From Alloascoidea hylecoeti (lineage: Eukaryota): a stretch of DNA of 64,000 nt. A program made the position numbers and the translations under genes. The notes beneath the pieces were generated by a model that saw only the letters and a program-made list of their open reading frames with translations, was not told the origin of the DNA and did no database searches. Below are positions 22,291 to 35,020 of this stretch, one piece after another. How positions within the stretch are numbered: position 1 is the first letter of the stretch; each line of letters begins with the position of its first letter. Location: positions 372,001 through 436,000 of the forward strand of contig BCKZ01000008.1 in assembly GCA_001600815.1 (NCBI GenBank), read 5' to 3'.

Positions 22291-23492
22291 TTTATTGGCA
22301 AAAATGAACCAGAATTTTATAAAACTACGAGGCAACCGGAAGGATCAGAAAAAAGAACATGGATCAACTTTGGGAACATACTACAAAGTCTTTCGAGAAC
22401 ATAAGCCCATATTTCTACTCTAATATTACGAAAGTGATGTATCAGAAATTCAGAATGTGCGCGAATATTCATTTTAATATGCTATAAATGACATAATTTA
22501 AGGGGAGATCTAGACTTTTCTTAAAAGTAGAATAAAGGAGCTAGCTGAAACTTTAAAGAAAGACATATCATAGTAAGTTAGCAACCCTTATTAAACCCAA
22601 GCCCCGAAAAATCGTTTAAGCTTATCTACAAAGAAAGTCAATTGCAAATTCTTTAGAGCATATTACTTCATCACGTAGAAACCAATTGCAACCCAGTAAA
22701 AGAGTCTGATCATGAAAAAATGTAAAAGGAGTAAGCATCAGAATCAATCAACCAATATAATTCGACACGCCCACCACACTACTTATAACGAAAGAAAGAA
22801 AGAAATCATCAAAGAAAAAATGTAGACAATACGGTAAACCTAGTCCCAAATGATATCGCGAATATAACATGGGTGTTCTTATTATTTACTAGATATAAAT
22901 CGGTAAACAACGGAATTTATAACTATTATGGACAATTATGATGACCATTGTCCATAATAAACTTTTCCTGAAACAAACATACTGCCCAAACACTAATATA
23001 TGATTTAAGAACTAGAGTCAAATTTAAAGCATTCAAGAAATTCAGATCAAAACTAGAATCCCCAAACTAGAGAATTCAAAAACATACCATGAATTGAACT
23101 TCGAAAGTTCATATTTAAGAGGTACCTTTTACTACCTTATGGCACTATTTAGATGTACTGAATCTTTTAAGACCATATATAGCTCTATCTAAGTATTATG
23201 TATCACTTTTTTTTTTTTTTTAAGAAGATCCTTTAGTGTTGATTCTAATAGCCTGTGTTAAAGTGATCCACTCAAATTCGGTCATCCTGATTAGTTAGTT
23301 AGTTATTTTCTATAGTCGACTTAAAACAAAAACAAAACACATATTTAAAATATATATCTAAAAAGATTTCTAAAATTATTTGATATTCAATAATTATTTG
23401 TAAATTAATATAAATGATTATTGTGTTAGGTACTTCATCTTCTGTGGAGATCCAACTAAACAATAAATATATATAATTTTCGGCTGCATTAT

Positions 23493-23660
23493 TACCGGTA
23501 TTACCCGGTTAATATACATAGAAATGGAATGGCTTCGGGTCACCAAACCCGGACGAACTTAAGTGGAATATATCAATCACATGATACGGACACCCATACA
23601 CCTATCTCTTCATTGAAAAAAAAGTTTTTTTTGGTGAGAAGTGAAAAATAAAAAAAAAAA
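23493..23660 (+). promoter_or_regulatory. UTP13 promoter with a Reb1-type site and RRPE-like A/T tracts
   Basis: TTACCCG at 23501-23507 and TGAAAAA...TTTT tracts upstream of the ATG, as expected for a ribosome-biogenesis gene. Confidence 0.45.
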
Positions 23661-23698
23661 AAGATTTCCAGTTCTCTTTCTTTAATATATAATAAATC

Positions 23699-26149
23699 AT
23701 GTTAAAGACTACATTTTCTCATAGAACAATTGAACCATTTTTTAACCAAGGGATCCCATCATTTACATCATCATCAACAATTAATGATGAATTAATATTA
23801 ACAATTAATGACCAAGATGTTTTTTTAATGAATTTAAAAACAGGTTTTAAGATATGTGATTTTAAAGGAGATGGAGAAGAAATTACATTTATTAATTTAA
23901 CACCAGATGGGAAATATGTTATTATATGTTCAAGATCATATCAAATGTTTATATATAAAGTGAATTATGAAGAAAACAAAAGTCACCTGGTTAAAAAATT
24001 AAAAGCTCATGATAGTTCAATTTTAGTTTGTGCTATTGATTCAAGTTCAAGTTTATTAGCAACTGGTGGAGCAGATGGTATAATTAAAGTATGGGATATT
24101 GAAGGTGGATTTGTAACTCATAATTTTCATGGTCATAAAGGATTAATATCAGCACTTGAATTTTATCAAATTGATAATGAAGAAGAAGGATTAAAGATTG
24201 GATTAGTTAGTTCAGATGATTCATTTCAAGTTCGAGTTTGGGATTTAATTAAAAGAAAATGTATTGTAGTAAATGATGATTCACATGATGGAGTTATAAG
24301 AAGTTTTAAATTTTCAAAAAATTGTTCAAAAATGATTAGTGGTGGAAGAGATCAAATTATTCAAATTTGGGATACAACATCAATTAATAAAAAAAAATGG
24401 AAAATTTTAAAAACATTACCAATTTTAGAAAGTATTGAATCATGTGGGTTTTTAAATGATAATGAAGATATTATTTATACAGGTGGTGAAGATTGTCAAG
24501 TTAAACTATGGTCATTATCAAATGGAAAATTATTAGCATCAACAATTAAAAAATTTAAAACAAATGAAGAAATAAATATAGTTAATATTTACAAAGTTCC
24601 ATCATTAAAAACAACAAGATTATATGTTACATTATCAGATCAAAGAATTTGGGAATTAGAAATTTTTAAAAATGATAATGATAATTATGAAATTAAACTA
24701 ATTCGGAATATTTCAGGAAATCATGGAAATATAATTGATTGTAAATTAGTTTCAAAAAATTTATCAAAAATTGCATTAGCAACAACATCAACAGAGATTG
24801 AAATTATTAATTATAAAAATGATCATACAAATGAAGATACTTCAACAAGTATTAATGATATTGATATTTTACAAGGTCATGAAGATATCATATTATCATT
24901 AGATACAACTATAAATGGTTATTGGTTAGCATCAGCAGGAAAAGATAATAAAGCAATTTTATGGAAATTAGATTTAAAAACAAATAAATTTATTTGTTAT
25001 GCTATTTTCATTGGACATGCAGGATCAATTAGTGGTATTGGATTATCAAAATTACCATTGATTGATGATGAAATTCCAAAATTTTTAATAACTGGTTCAG
25101 ATGATTTAACAATTAAAAAATGGAAGATTCCAAATCCTTATAGCAAGAAAAATAAGAATAAGGAAGAAAATTTTGAATTACCATTTATTGTTAAAGCTTC
25201 AGAATATACAAGAAAAATACATGAAAAAGAAATTAATTCAATTGATATATCACCAAATGATACATTAATTGCATCAGCAAGTTTTGATAAAACATGTAAA
25301 ATATTAGATATTGAAACAGGAGAAACAATTGGGATTTTAAAAGGTCATAAAAGAGGAATCTGGTCAGTTAAATTTTGTCAATATGATAAATTAATTATAA
25401 CAGGTAGTGCAGACAAAACAATTAAATTATGGGATTTAAATAATTTTCAATGTTTAAAAACATTTCAAGGACATTCAAATTCAATTTTAAAATTATCATT
25501 CATTAATTCAAATAAACAAATTGTTAGTTGTGGTGGAGATGGATTAGTTAAAATTTGGGATTTAAAAGAAGATGAATGTATAACAACTTTGGATAATCAT
25601 GAATCAAAAGTTTGGAGTTTAAGTGTTATAAATGATGGAGAAGAAATTATTTCAGCAGATGGAGATGGAGTCATTACAATTTGGAAAGATAATACCGAAG
25701 AACAAGTTAAATTGGATGAAGAGCAAGAAAAAGAAATGATTGAACAAAGACAACATTTAGATAATTTTGTCAATAAACAGGATTGGAAGAATGCTATATT
25801 GTTAGCATTAAAGTTGAACCATCCGTATAAATTGTTTCAAATTTTCCAACAGGTTTTGGTTGAAGGGAAAGAAGAAGTTTTGGAGGATATTGTTGTGAAT
25901 CTGAGCATCGAAGAACTTACGATATTGCTTGGACGGATAAAAGACTGGAGTACCAGCTGGAAGTCGTCACTGATTGCTCGGAAACTGATCAGTTTGGTGC
26001 TGAACAAGATTCCGATCGATAGAGTTTTGCAAGTCGCAGGTATTTCCGGGATGCTGGACTCGATTGTTCCGTACCTGGAAAAGCACTTTGGCAGGGCGGA
26101 TGAATTGTTGGAGCAGACGTATATTCTGGATTATCTCATGTACACGTAA
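23699..26149 (+). CDS. UTP13: U3 snoRNP/SSU processome WD40 protein Utp13
   Basis: Many WD repeats (LLATGGADGIIKVWDIEGGFVTHNF, YTRKIHEKEINSIDISPND, GHKRGIW) and the Utp13 C-terminal domain (AILLALKLNHPYKL...PY.EKHF.R...QTYILDY). Confidence 0.93.
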   Translation: MLKTTFSHRTIEPFFNQGIPSFTSSSTINDELILTINDQDVFLMNLKTGFKICDFKGDGEEITFINLTPDGKYVIICSRSYQMFIYKVNYEENKSHLVKKLKAHDSSILVCAIDSSSSLLATGGADGIIKVWDIEGGFVTHNFHGHKGLISALEFYQIDNEEEGLKIGLVSSDDSFQVRVWDLIKRKCIVVNDDSHDGVIRSFKFSKNCSKMISGGRDQIIQIWDTTSINKKKWKILKTLPILESIESCGFLNDNEDIIYTGGEDCQVKLWSLSNGKLLASTIKKFKTNEEINIVNIYKVPSLKTTRLYVTLSDQRIWELEIFKNDNDNYEIKLIRNISGNHGNIIDCKLVSKNLSKIALATTSTEIEIINYKNDHTNEDTSTSINDIDILQGHEDIILSLDTTINGYWLASAGKDNKAILWKLDLKTNKFICYAIFIGHAGSISGIGLSKLPLIDDEIPKFLITGSDDLTIKKWKIPNPYSKKNKNKEENFELPFIVKASEYTRKIHEKEINSIDISPNDTLIASASFDKTCKILDIETGETIGILKGHKRGIWSVKFCQYDKLIITGSADKTIKLWDLNNFQCLKTFQGHSNSILKLSFINSNKQIVSCGGDGLVKIWDLKEDECITTLDNHESKVWSLSVINDGEEIISADGDGVITIWKDNTEEQVKLDEEQEKEMIEQRQHLDNFVNKQDWKNAILLALKLNHPYKLFQIFQQVLVEGKEEVLEDIVVNLSIEELTILLGRIKDWSTSWKSSLIARKLISLVLNKIPIDRVLQVAGISGMLDSIVPYLEKHFGRADELLEQTYILDYLMYT

Positions 26150-26333
26150 TTATAATTGCCAGCATGCAATGCACTGCAATGCGATGCACGATAAACACAA
26201 TTAATACAATTAAAGTTTCTGATGTCATTGCCGTTTTGCGACTGAGTACGTCATTTTATTGTTATTTTCTGTTATTTGCTATATAAGTACTGAAATATCC
26301 TTCCACACGAGTCTTTTCAGCACTAATACTAAA

Positions 26334-27809
26334 ATGTCCTCTCAGTCTGACATCCACTCGTCCTCCAGTTCAACCCGTACCTTCCCGTCTCTCACGGAGC
26401 TGGACACAAACCTCCCATCCGCCACTTCTGTTAACACTCCTCCATCTTCTATGACTTCTCCGGTCCTCACCAGAAAGTCCAGAGTCTCTTCTCTGTCGCT
26501 GTCCGACATTCACATACAACTACAGCGTGCCCGCTCCGGTAGCAGACCACGCAGCCGTAGTCGTTCTGCCAGTAGAATGAAAAAGTCCATCATTGACCAT
26601 CCAAGAGTGGCCTCATATGCCTTTGCCTTTGATATCGATGGTGTTATCGTCAGAGGCCCTGAAACAATCCCCGAAGCCATCCAAGCCGTCAATTTGTTAA
26701 ATGGTGATAACAGATATAAAATCAAGATCCCTTTTATCTTTGTTACCAACGGTGGAGGCAGATCTGAATTGAAAAGATGTCAAGATTTATCAAAAAGACT
26801 AAACACTGACATTAAAAGAGATCAAATTATTCAAGGCCATACTCCAATGAAAGATTTAGTTGATACTCATAAAACTGTTTTAGTGATTGGTGGTGTTGGA
26901 AATGATTGTAGGAAAGTTGCTCAGGAATACGGTTTTGAAGATGTTGTTACTCCTTTGGATATCATGAGATGGAAACCTTCTGTTACTCCTTATCATACTT
27001 TGACAAAAGAAGAATATGAATGTACTGAAGAACGTGATTTTGACAAAACCAATATTGAAGCTATATTGGTATTTGCTGATTCTCGAAATTGGGCCACTGA
27101 TCAACAAATTATATTAGAATTATTAATGTCAAAACATGGTAGAATGGGTACAGTATCTCCATCATTTAATGAAGGCCCACAGCTTTATTTTGCTCATTCG
27201 GATTTTGTATGGGCAACTAATTATAATTTAACAAGATATGGTATGGGTGCTTTACAAATTTCTTTGGGTGCGTTATTCAAAGCTCATACTGGTAAAGAAT
27301 TAAAAATGATTCGATTTGGTAAACCACAAAAAGATACTTTTAAATATACAACTAAAGTATTATCGAAATGGAGGACTGAAGCTTTACAAAAACATGTTGA
27401 TGAAGGAAATCATGATTCTCCATTAGAAGAAACTGAATATGATTCTGATGAACTTGTTGTTGATGATGATTCTGATGATTATGATGAAGAACCATTATCA
27501 TTACATTTTTCTGCCCATGCTTTAACTTTACCACCAGCTTCAACTGTTTATTTTGTCGGTGATACTCCTGAATCTGATATTCGATTTGCAAATTCTCATG
27601 ATGAATCTTGGTATTCTATTCTTGTTAAAACTGGTGTTTACCAAGATGGTGCAATTCCATCTTATAAACCAAAACATATCTGTGATAATGTTTTAGAAGC
27701 TGTTAAATTTGCAATTGAAAGAGAACATGCTAAAGAATTGGCTGAATGGAATGAACATTCTGTTAGAGATCAAGTACCTGCTGGTTTAACAATGTCATCC
27801 ATTAACTAA
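26334..27809 (+). CDS. HAD-superfamily IIA hydrolase (CECR5/YKR070W-like)
   Basis: Motifs AFAFDIDGV, FIFVTNGGG, QGHTPM, FGKP, YFVGDTPESDI and WYSILVKTGVY. ATG at 26334. Confidence 0.9.
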   Translation: MSSQSDIHSSSSSTRTFPSLTELDTNLPSATSVNTPPSSMTSPVLTRKSRVSSLSLSDIHIQLQRARSGSRPRSRSRSASRMKKSIIDHPRVASYAFAFDIDGVIVRGPETIPEAIQAVNLLNGDNRYKIKIPFIFVTNGGGRSELKRCQDLSKRLNTDIKRDQIIQGHTPMKDLVDTHKTVLVIGGVGNDCRKVAQEYGFEDVVTPLDIMRWKPSVTPYHTLTKEEYECTEERDFDKTNIEAILVFADSRNWATDQQIILELLMSKHGRMGTVSPSFNEGPQLYFAHSDFVWATNYNLTRYGMGALQISLGALFKAHTGKELKMIRFGKPQKDTFKYTTKVLSKWRTEALQKHVDEGNHDSPLEETEYDSDELVVDDDSDDYDEEPLSLHFSAHALTLPPASTVYFVGDTPESDIRFANSHDESWYSILVKTGVYQDGAIPSYKPKHICDNVLEAVKFAIEREHAKELAEWNEHSVRDQVPAGLTMSSIN

Positions 27810-28163
27810 AATTACTCATCTGTTCTCTCATTTTTTTCATTTTATTATACTTTTTATCTTTATTGTTAAATATTACTATTTTTGATTGTTATATATATAT
27901 ATATTGTGGCATTATTTATTTGTTATAGATTTTAGATTAGAATCAGCAGACTTAATAAAAAAAAAAAGGATCTTCTCGGAGATACTTTTTGAATACTAAA
28001 TACTTATTAATTTGTAACGTTTATCCCAACATCCCATATTATCCTATTATATCAAACATTTTCATATGATCAACCCCGATTTTTTTCAAACTTTTACGTC
28101 CGAGGCGTTTTGATAGGTGGTGAATGGATGTTTGTAAAATCATACGTTTTACTTATTATTTGA

Positions 28164-29918
<1,755 letters not shown>

Positions 29919-31579
29919 TCTTTAATATTATATTTGATTTATTGGTTTTACATGAAAGCATATAAAATCACTATGTAGATAAATATAGACTAGAATATAT
30001 AAATGTAATTCTAATATTGTGTTTGAATTCATTATTATCGTAGCTCTTTTTTCGTTTCAAGTTTGTAGTCTATGTTGATGATTGTAGTTCTGCTTCAAAA
30101 TAATTGTGTCTGTGTTAATGTCTGTGTTTTTGTTGTGTGAATAATAATAATATCCGAGAAGTTGTACCTCAGAAAAGCTTCGGGTAATAGATAGTCGAAT
30201 GTACCAGCACGGTAATTTTACGGTGACTGAGTCCATTGGTTTGGTTGTTACCGATGTTTACCCGATAAATGATAAACAATGACCTGAGCATACTGTACTT
30301 TGCTTTTTCGAAACACGCCTCTTCATGGTAGCTAGTCACCCAAAAAATGTTGATAATCCGTGCACCCAAATATACGGAACCATTAAATTTAATTCATAAA
30401 TTGCACAAAATCTATTAGAGTAGGAAAGTACTTTGTATGGTAGAAAATGTGGATCCGAATCCCCTCTTTCCAAATACACCATTTACGTAACATGAAAGTC
30501 TTTAGGTATGACTCAGTCAGTTGCATTAACACCACCATTTTTTCATAGGTTCATTCGCCATCTTCAACATTCAATACATATTTTGGGAGAAGAATTACGG
30601 GTCAATTCTACCGAAACAATTTCCAGTGCATTCACATAATTGAGGAATCATGTTTATTTGCTTCCGCGTAGTTTTATTCGGCTTGTAACTCGAATGTGAT
30701 ACCTGCATAACTATAGAAAGAAGGGATTAAAATTTGTGACAAGCAAAAGTATGAGGAATCATTGAAAATAAATTGAAATTACTTATAAGTAAATACACTG
30801 CGGCTGTCTAAATCTAAGAAATTATACCTGTCATGGGCCCTTAGCCCTTCACGCATACAACACCACTTCTTTTCTGTTTTTGCTAATTAGTTAACTTTTA
30901 ATATACATTTTTTTAGTATTTATAATCAATTATTGTAAAAGTTTCATGTGTACAACTATTACGAAACGAAGTCAATTATTAAAATTAGATAATATCTTAG
31001 AATCACAAACTGATTGTAGACATTCAATATTCGTTATCAAAGTTACAATATTACAATGACTGATTACAATTATTCCAACCAACAAGTCAAGATTGAAATT
31101 AATTCAATTGATCTTACAACATTAGAGAGTGCTAGACAGGCTTGAACAACAGATAATTGTGATATCACACAAAAAGATCGAAGGTTTAGGGTTGGAAATC
31201 AAACATCTTACCAATTTGAACTCTCGGATAATACTTCAAATAGAACAGACCAGAGTAGAATCAACTACACTCAACCGAGAGATAACAACTCTAATGATGT
31301 CATGGAAAAAAAGAAGCTATGCATAGTTAAATTTATTTAGATTAGATGAAAATCTAAAAATAAATAATTTATTCAAGTAAGAAGATGATTGTTAAATGTT
31401 GCACATTTGAGCAGTTCACAGAGGTCAATTGGGTGTAAAGGCAAGATACAGGCACTTTAACATTAAATAATATACATTAAAGCCTAATGGAATTAAACTA
31501 TGGATTCAGAAATATAACTTGTAAATGTATTTATGTCTGTTCATAAATAATTGGTGCTTGATACACTTGGAATCCTCGC

Positions 31580-31760
31580 ATATGATGATGAAGGAATATA
31601 AGAAGAAGCTTAAGGTGCATAAGATGAAGATGGTAAATAAGATGAAGATGGTAAATAGGATGAAGATGGTAAATAGGATGAATAAAATGAAGATGGTGAA
31701 TAGGATGAAGATGGTGAATAGGATGAAGAAGCCGAATAAGATGAAGAAGAAGGAGATGAA
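31580..31760 (-). repeat. 18-bp tandem repeat encoding (SSSY[L/S/A/I]P)n
   Basis: GATGAAGATGGTAAATAG-like units are visible on the plus strand. The repeat continues past the TAA at 31610-31612. Confidence 0.9.
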
Positions 31761-32737
31761 GGATTACCTGATATGGAAAGTAAAATATCTTTCATCTGAG
31801 AAACAAATGATTTCCCACCTTCATTATTTGTAAAAGCTTGACTTGCATCCCATAACATTATACCACCAAAATAAGGATCTGATGAAATTTTTCCAACTGT
31901 TTCTTTAATAGTTGATGAAGGAACATAACCAGAACCAGCAGCAGATGATGAAGCAGGTAAACCAAGGTAAATTCTAACATTTTTATTTGGAGAAGTTTTT
32001 GCATAATCTGACCATTTATCCCAATTAAAATCATTTCCAATTGAACATTGATTATTATAGAATTGTACAAATACCCAATCAATATCAGATTTATCTAAAA
32101 CATCACTTAAATTAGCATCAGGATAAACACATTGTGGAGCAGCACCAATAAAATATTGTTTTTGTGATGTTTTGAAATATTCTCTTAATTTTGAAACTAA
32201 AGCAACATAACCAGTTTGTTTATTATTTTCAATATCTAAATCAAATCCATCAATTATAGCATCATCAAATGGACGTAATGATTTATCATTTCCTTCACCG
32301 AAAAGATTCCAAAGAGTTTCAGCAAAAGTTGTTGCTTCATCATCATTTGAAAACCCATAAGAACCGGTACCTGAAGAACCTCCTAATGATAAAAGTATTT
32401 TCTTACCATGTGATTGACATGTTTTGATATCATCAGCAATTGTTGGGCAATGTAATATAGATTTACCAGAAAAAGATGTTTCACAAGAATTTCCAAAATT
32501 TAAACCTGGATTACCATCTTGACCTTTAGGGAATATATGCATAAACGATAAAATAATAATATCGACGGAATCGGTACAATAGGAAGCTAAATTCTGTTGA
32601 TTTTTGGCTGAATTTTGACCCCAATAGACAACATTATTTGTTTTTCCAAGAGAATCAAAAGCATTAATTGATGTAAAAGAAGTAATTATTAATAAAAGAA
32701 AAAATGTAATATTTAATGAAAATTGAACTGGTAACAT
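31610..32737 (-). CDS. CTS1: GH18 class III endochitinase (Cts1/Cht-like) with a Ser-rich tail
   Basis: Signal peptide, VYWGQNS, KILLSLGG, catalytic DGFDLDIE, AAPQC, FVQFYNN and GGIMLWD. Confidence 0.88.
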   Translation of the reverse strand: MLPVQFSLNITFFLLLIITSFTSINAFDSLGKTNNVVYWGQNSAKNQQNLASYCTDSVDIIILSFMHIFPKGQDGNPGLNFGNSCETSFSGKSILHCPTIADDIKTCQSHGKKILLSLGGSSGTGSYGFSNDDEATTFAETLWNLFGEGNDKSLRPFDDAIIDGFDLDIENNKQTGYVALVSKLREYFKTSQKQYFIGAAPQCVYPDANLSDVLDKSDIDWVFVQFYNNQCSIGNDFNWDKWSDYAKTSPNKNVRIYLGLPASSSAAGSGYVPSSTIKETVGKISSDPYFGGIMLWDASQAFTNNEGGKSFVSQMKDILLSISGNPSSPSSSSYSASSSYSPSSSYSPSSFYSSYLPSSSYLPSSSYLPSSSYAP

Positions 32738-33499
32738 TTTCGTATGACAGATCTATAATTAAAACCCTAATTAAAATATATTAATGAATGTATTCTATAG
32801 ATGAACGAATTTGTGTATTTGATAAAGCATTTTTAAAAGAGGATCATTACTGCTTTATATATTTTTTGATCATTTCATATAAAACGTAATGGATCTTTTA
32901 TTTGATGTTAACATTATACTGTTAAGATAGGTGCGGCTGATAATTAAGGTTGGATACGACACAAGGCATGTCATGCATGTAACCCAATTGGGTGATATGC
33001 CGTTTGTTGAGTCTTAGGGAAGTAGTATTGGAGATTTAGGATTTAAGATTATAAGGAGATTAAGTAATATTGACAATACAATAGAAAAAGATTTTAGATT
33101 TGACGTTAAGATGAAATTATAGCAAATATAACTATTATCTTTTCTTTCGAAAAACAATTCCTTTCTTTATATTAGAGTTTCACGATTTCAGTTTTTTTTA
33201 ATATAATTTCACCTTTTAGTAATTATTAATTCATAACGGGTATCAGAGAATCATTGTTTAGTAGAGCAAATTGACTTATTTTCAAAGGAAAAAGATTCAA
33301 AGAGAAAACTCTGAAGATATTATAGTTTGATTTTTCGATAGAAAAATTATTATTTTATAGAAGAGGTTTTTGGTGTCCCTTACCAGGTGTACTATGCATA
33401 CGTCATAAATATTAATGCATATGTTCTTCGCATAATTCACTATTTCCCGCGATTTCATCAATATTAATGTTAAGAATAGGAAAAACTTTGAAAATTTCC

Positions 33500-34450
33500 C
33501 CACATTTGATGTATATCTAGAACATGGCCCATTCACGTTTTCCAGTGGATTGAGTGCTTTGCGTGGTGCTGACACATGTTTGAATCAAAAATATGCAGCA
33601 GATAAGCAGTCTTTTCGTAAATATTTATCAACAGCCCTTTGAGTGAGACCTCAATATCTAATAAAGGTATTTTCAATCGGTTTGGTTGTATATTTTTAGA
33701 CCAGAAAGTACGTATATTTTTGGAGTTCAATGCCTATTGTAAGCACTTATCATATGTTTCCCAGACTTCAGGGATCTGTTTACTTAATTATCATTAAAAC
33801 TCATCTCGTAGATGCACACTTGTAGACTCTTTGGGCCTCGAAGTTTATATTTTATTTTTTTAAACGTCTATTTTACTAGATTCTCTAACACAAGGAGAAT
33901 TCCGAAAAATAGCTGGTATGCCAATAAAGCATATTCTGTAATGTTTTTGCATATTTGTCAGGTTGTGAACTAATAAGTACTCAAAGTGCCATTTAAACAT
34001 ATTTAACTGCTGCATGAGAATAATCTTACTTGTCTCGTCATTTTCCTCTGGCATCACAATATCTGTAATTAATCAAATTGTTTTTTTTTATAGATAGGTT
34101 TATTAAGTGGTAATTCACCATCTGACCATTTTTAACCTCCGTTTGGACTCTTCTTATTTTCAAGACGAAGTTGATAATAATCCCGTAGCCACCTTTTGAG
34201 CGGTAGCAAACAATTGTTTCCCTTCTATCAACAGCGTAACTGTTCCTTAAATGTGCTCAAATATCGCATCTTCCTGAAAACCGAAAGATTTCGTTCCGTA
34301 GTATTAAATTCATTGATTGGAGGAGTTATAACTAACTTATTCATGAGGGTAGATCAGCGAAGGCTTTTTGTATGCATAATCGATTTACAGGATATGTTAA
34401 AATTCAATTAGGTCTAAATAACGGGGATATTTAATCTCAAACATCGATTG
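33500..34450 (-). mobile_element. L1-clade non-LTR retrotransposon (Zorro-like) ORF2 relic
   Basis: In order on the minus strand: YPRYLD (about 34420; cf. RT domain 7 KYLG), RNLSVFRKMRYLSTF (about 34280; cf. LSxxGRxxLxNT) and IVCYRSKGGYGII (about 34190; cf. ICxPKxxGGLGI). Many stops and frameshifts; the 3' boundary is uncertain. Confidence 0.6.
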
Positions 34451-34764
34451 TATTTTTCCCAATTTAAATTTAAGATGTGAGGTGATGGTAGCATGTCAAC
34501 AACAATGCTAAATTTTCGTTTAAGTATATTATTTATGGTTCTTTTTATAAAGATTTACTTACAATTGGTTAGATTACCTGATTGGGTAATTTCAGCATAT
34601 CTTAAACAAATTCCTGGTAGTATAACATTTATAAAAGTTGGTGATATTATTGAAGTTATTCGAAACAACTTTGCTTTGCGCCAATGTTCTTCCTGACTTT
34701 GGTTAATTTTTCTTATAGTTATCATTAAAAGTTATCGTTGTTGTTGTTGTTGTGGTTGAAGTTT

Positions 34765-35020
34765 TATTTTCTTTTGCATACCAGCAATTGCTTTAGACCT
34801 TTCAAGATTTTCAATAATTATATTATTATCTCTTTTAGCTTGTTCAATTTCAGTCACCATTTTTTCTTGGAATTTCCTCTTTTCAACAGCAATATCTTTA
34901 ACTAAATTCTGCTATTTACATTTATGTAAATACCTTATATTTGATATATCATCATTTTTTACCACCAATTGGATTACCATATTAATTACTATGCATATGC
35001 ACATAAAACATCTTTTTTAC
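34765..35020 (-). pseudogene. ESF2: ESF2/ABT1 pseudogene fragment (3' part)
   Basis: GNPIGGKK, a frameshift, then DDISNIRYLHKCK*QNLVKDIAVEKRKFQEKMVTEIEQAKRDNNIIIENLERSK. This aligns with the Esf2 pattern IGGKK...DDI.N.KYL..FKW..LTEQIA.E.....KL..EI.QA...N..F..NVE.SK. The conserved W is TAG at 34912-34914. Confidence 0.8.

Noticed and set aside
25890..26149. Alternative CUG (Ser/Ala) genetic code
   Set aside because: CTG encodes the conserved Leu of the Utp13 motif YILDY, consistent with the standard code. The evidence covers only a few sites.
30170..31330. Gene or transposon fragments between ERG11 and the chitinase
   Set aside because: Only short interrupted frames without diagnostic motifs; I cannot support a call.
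31525..31833. 102-aa (MKMVNR)n ORF
   Set aside because: Antisense shadow of the chitinase Ser-rich repeat.
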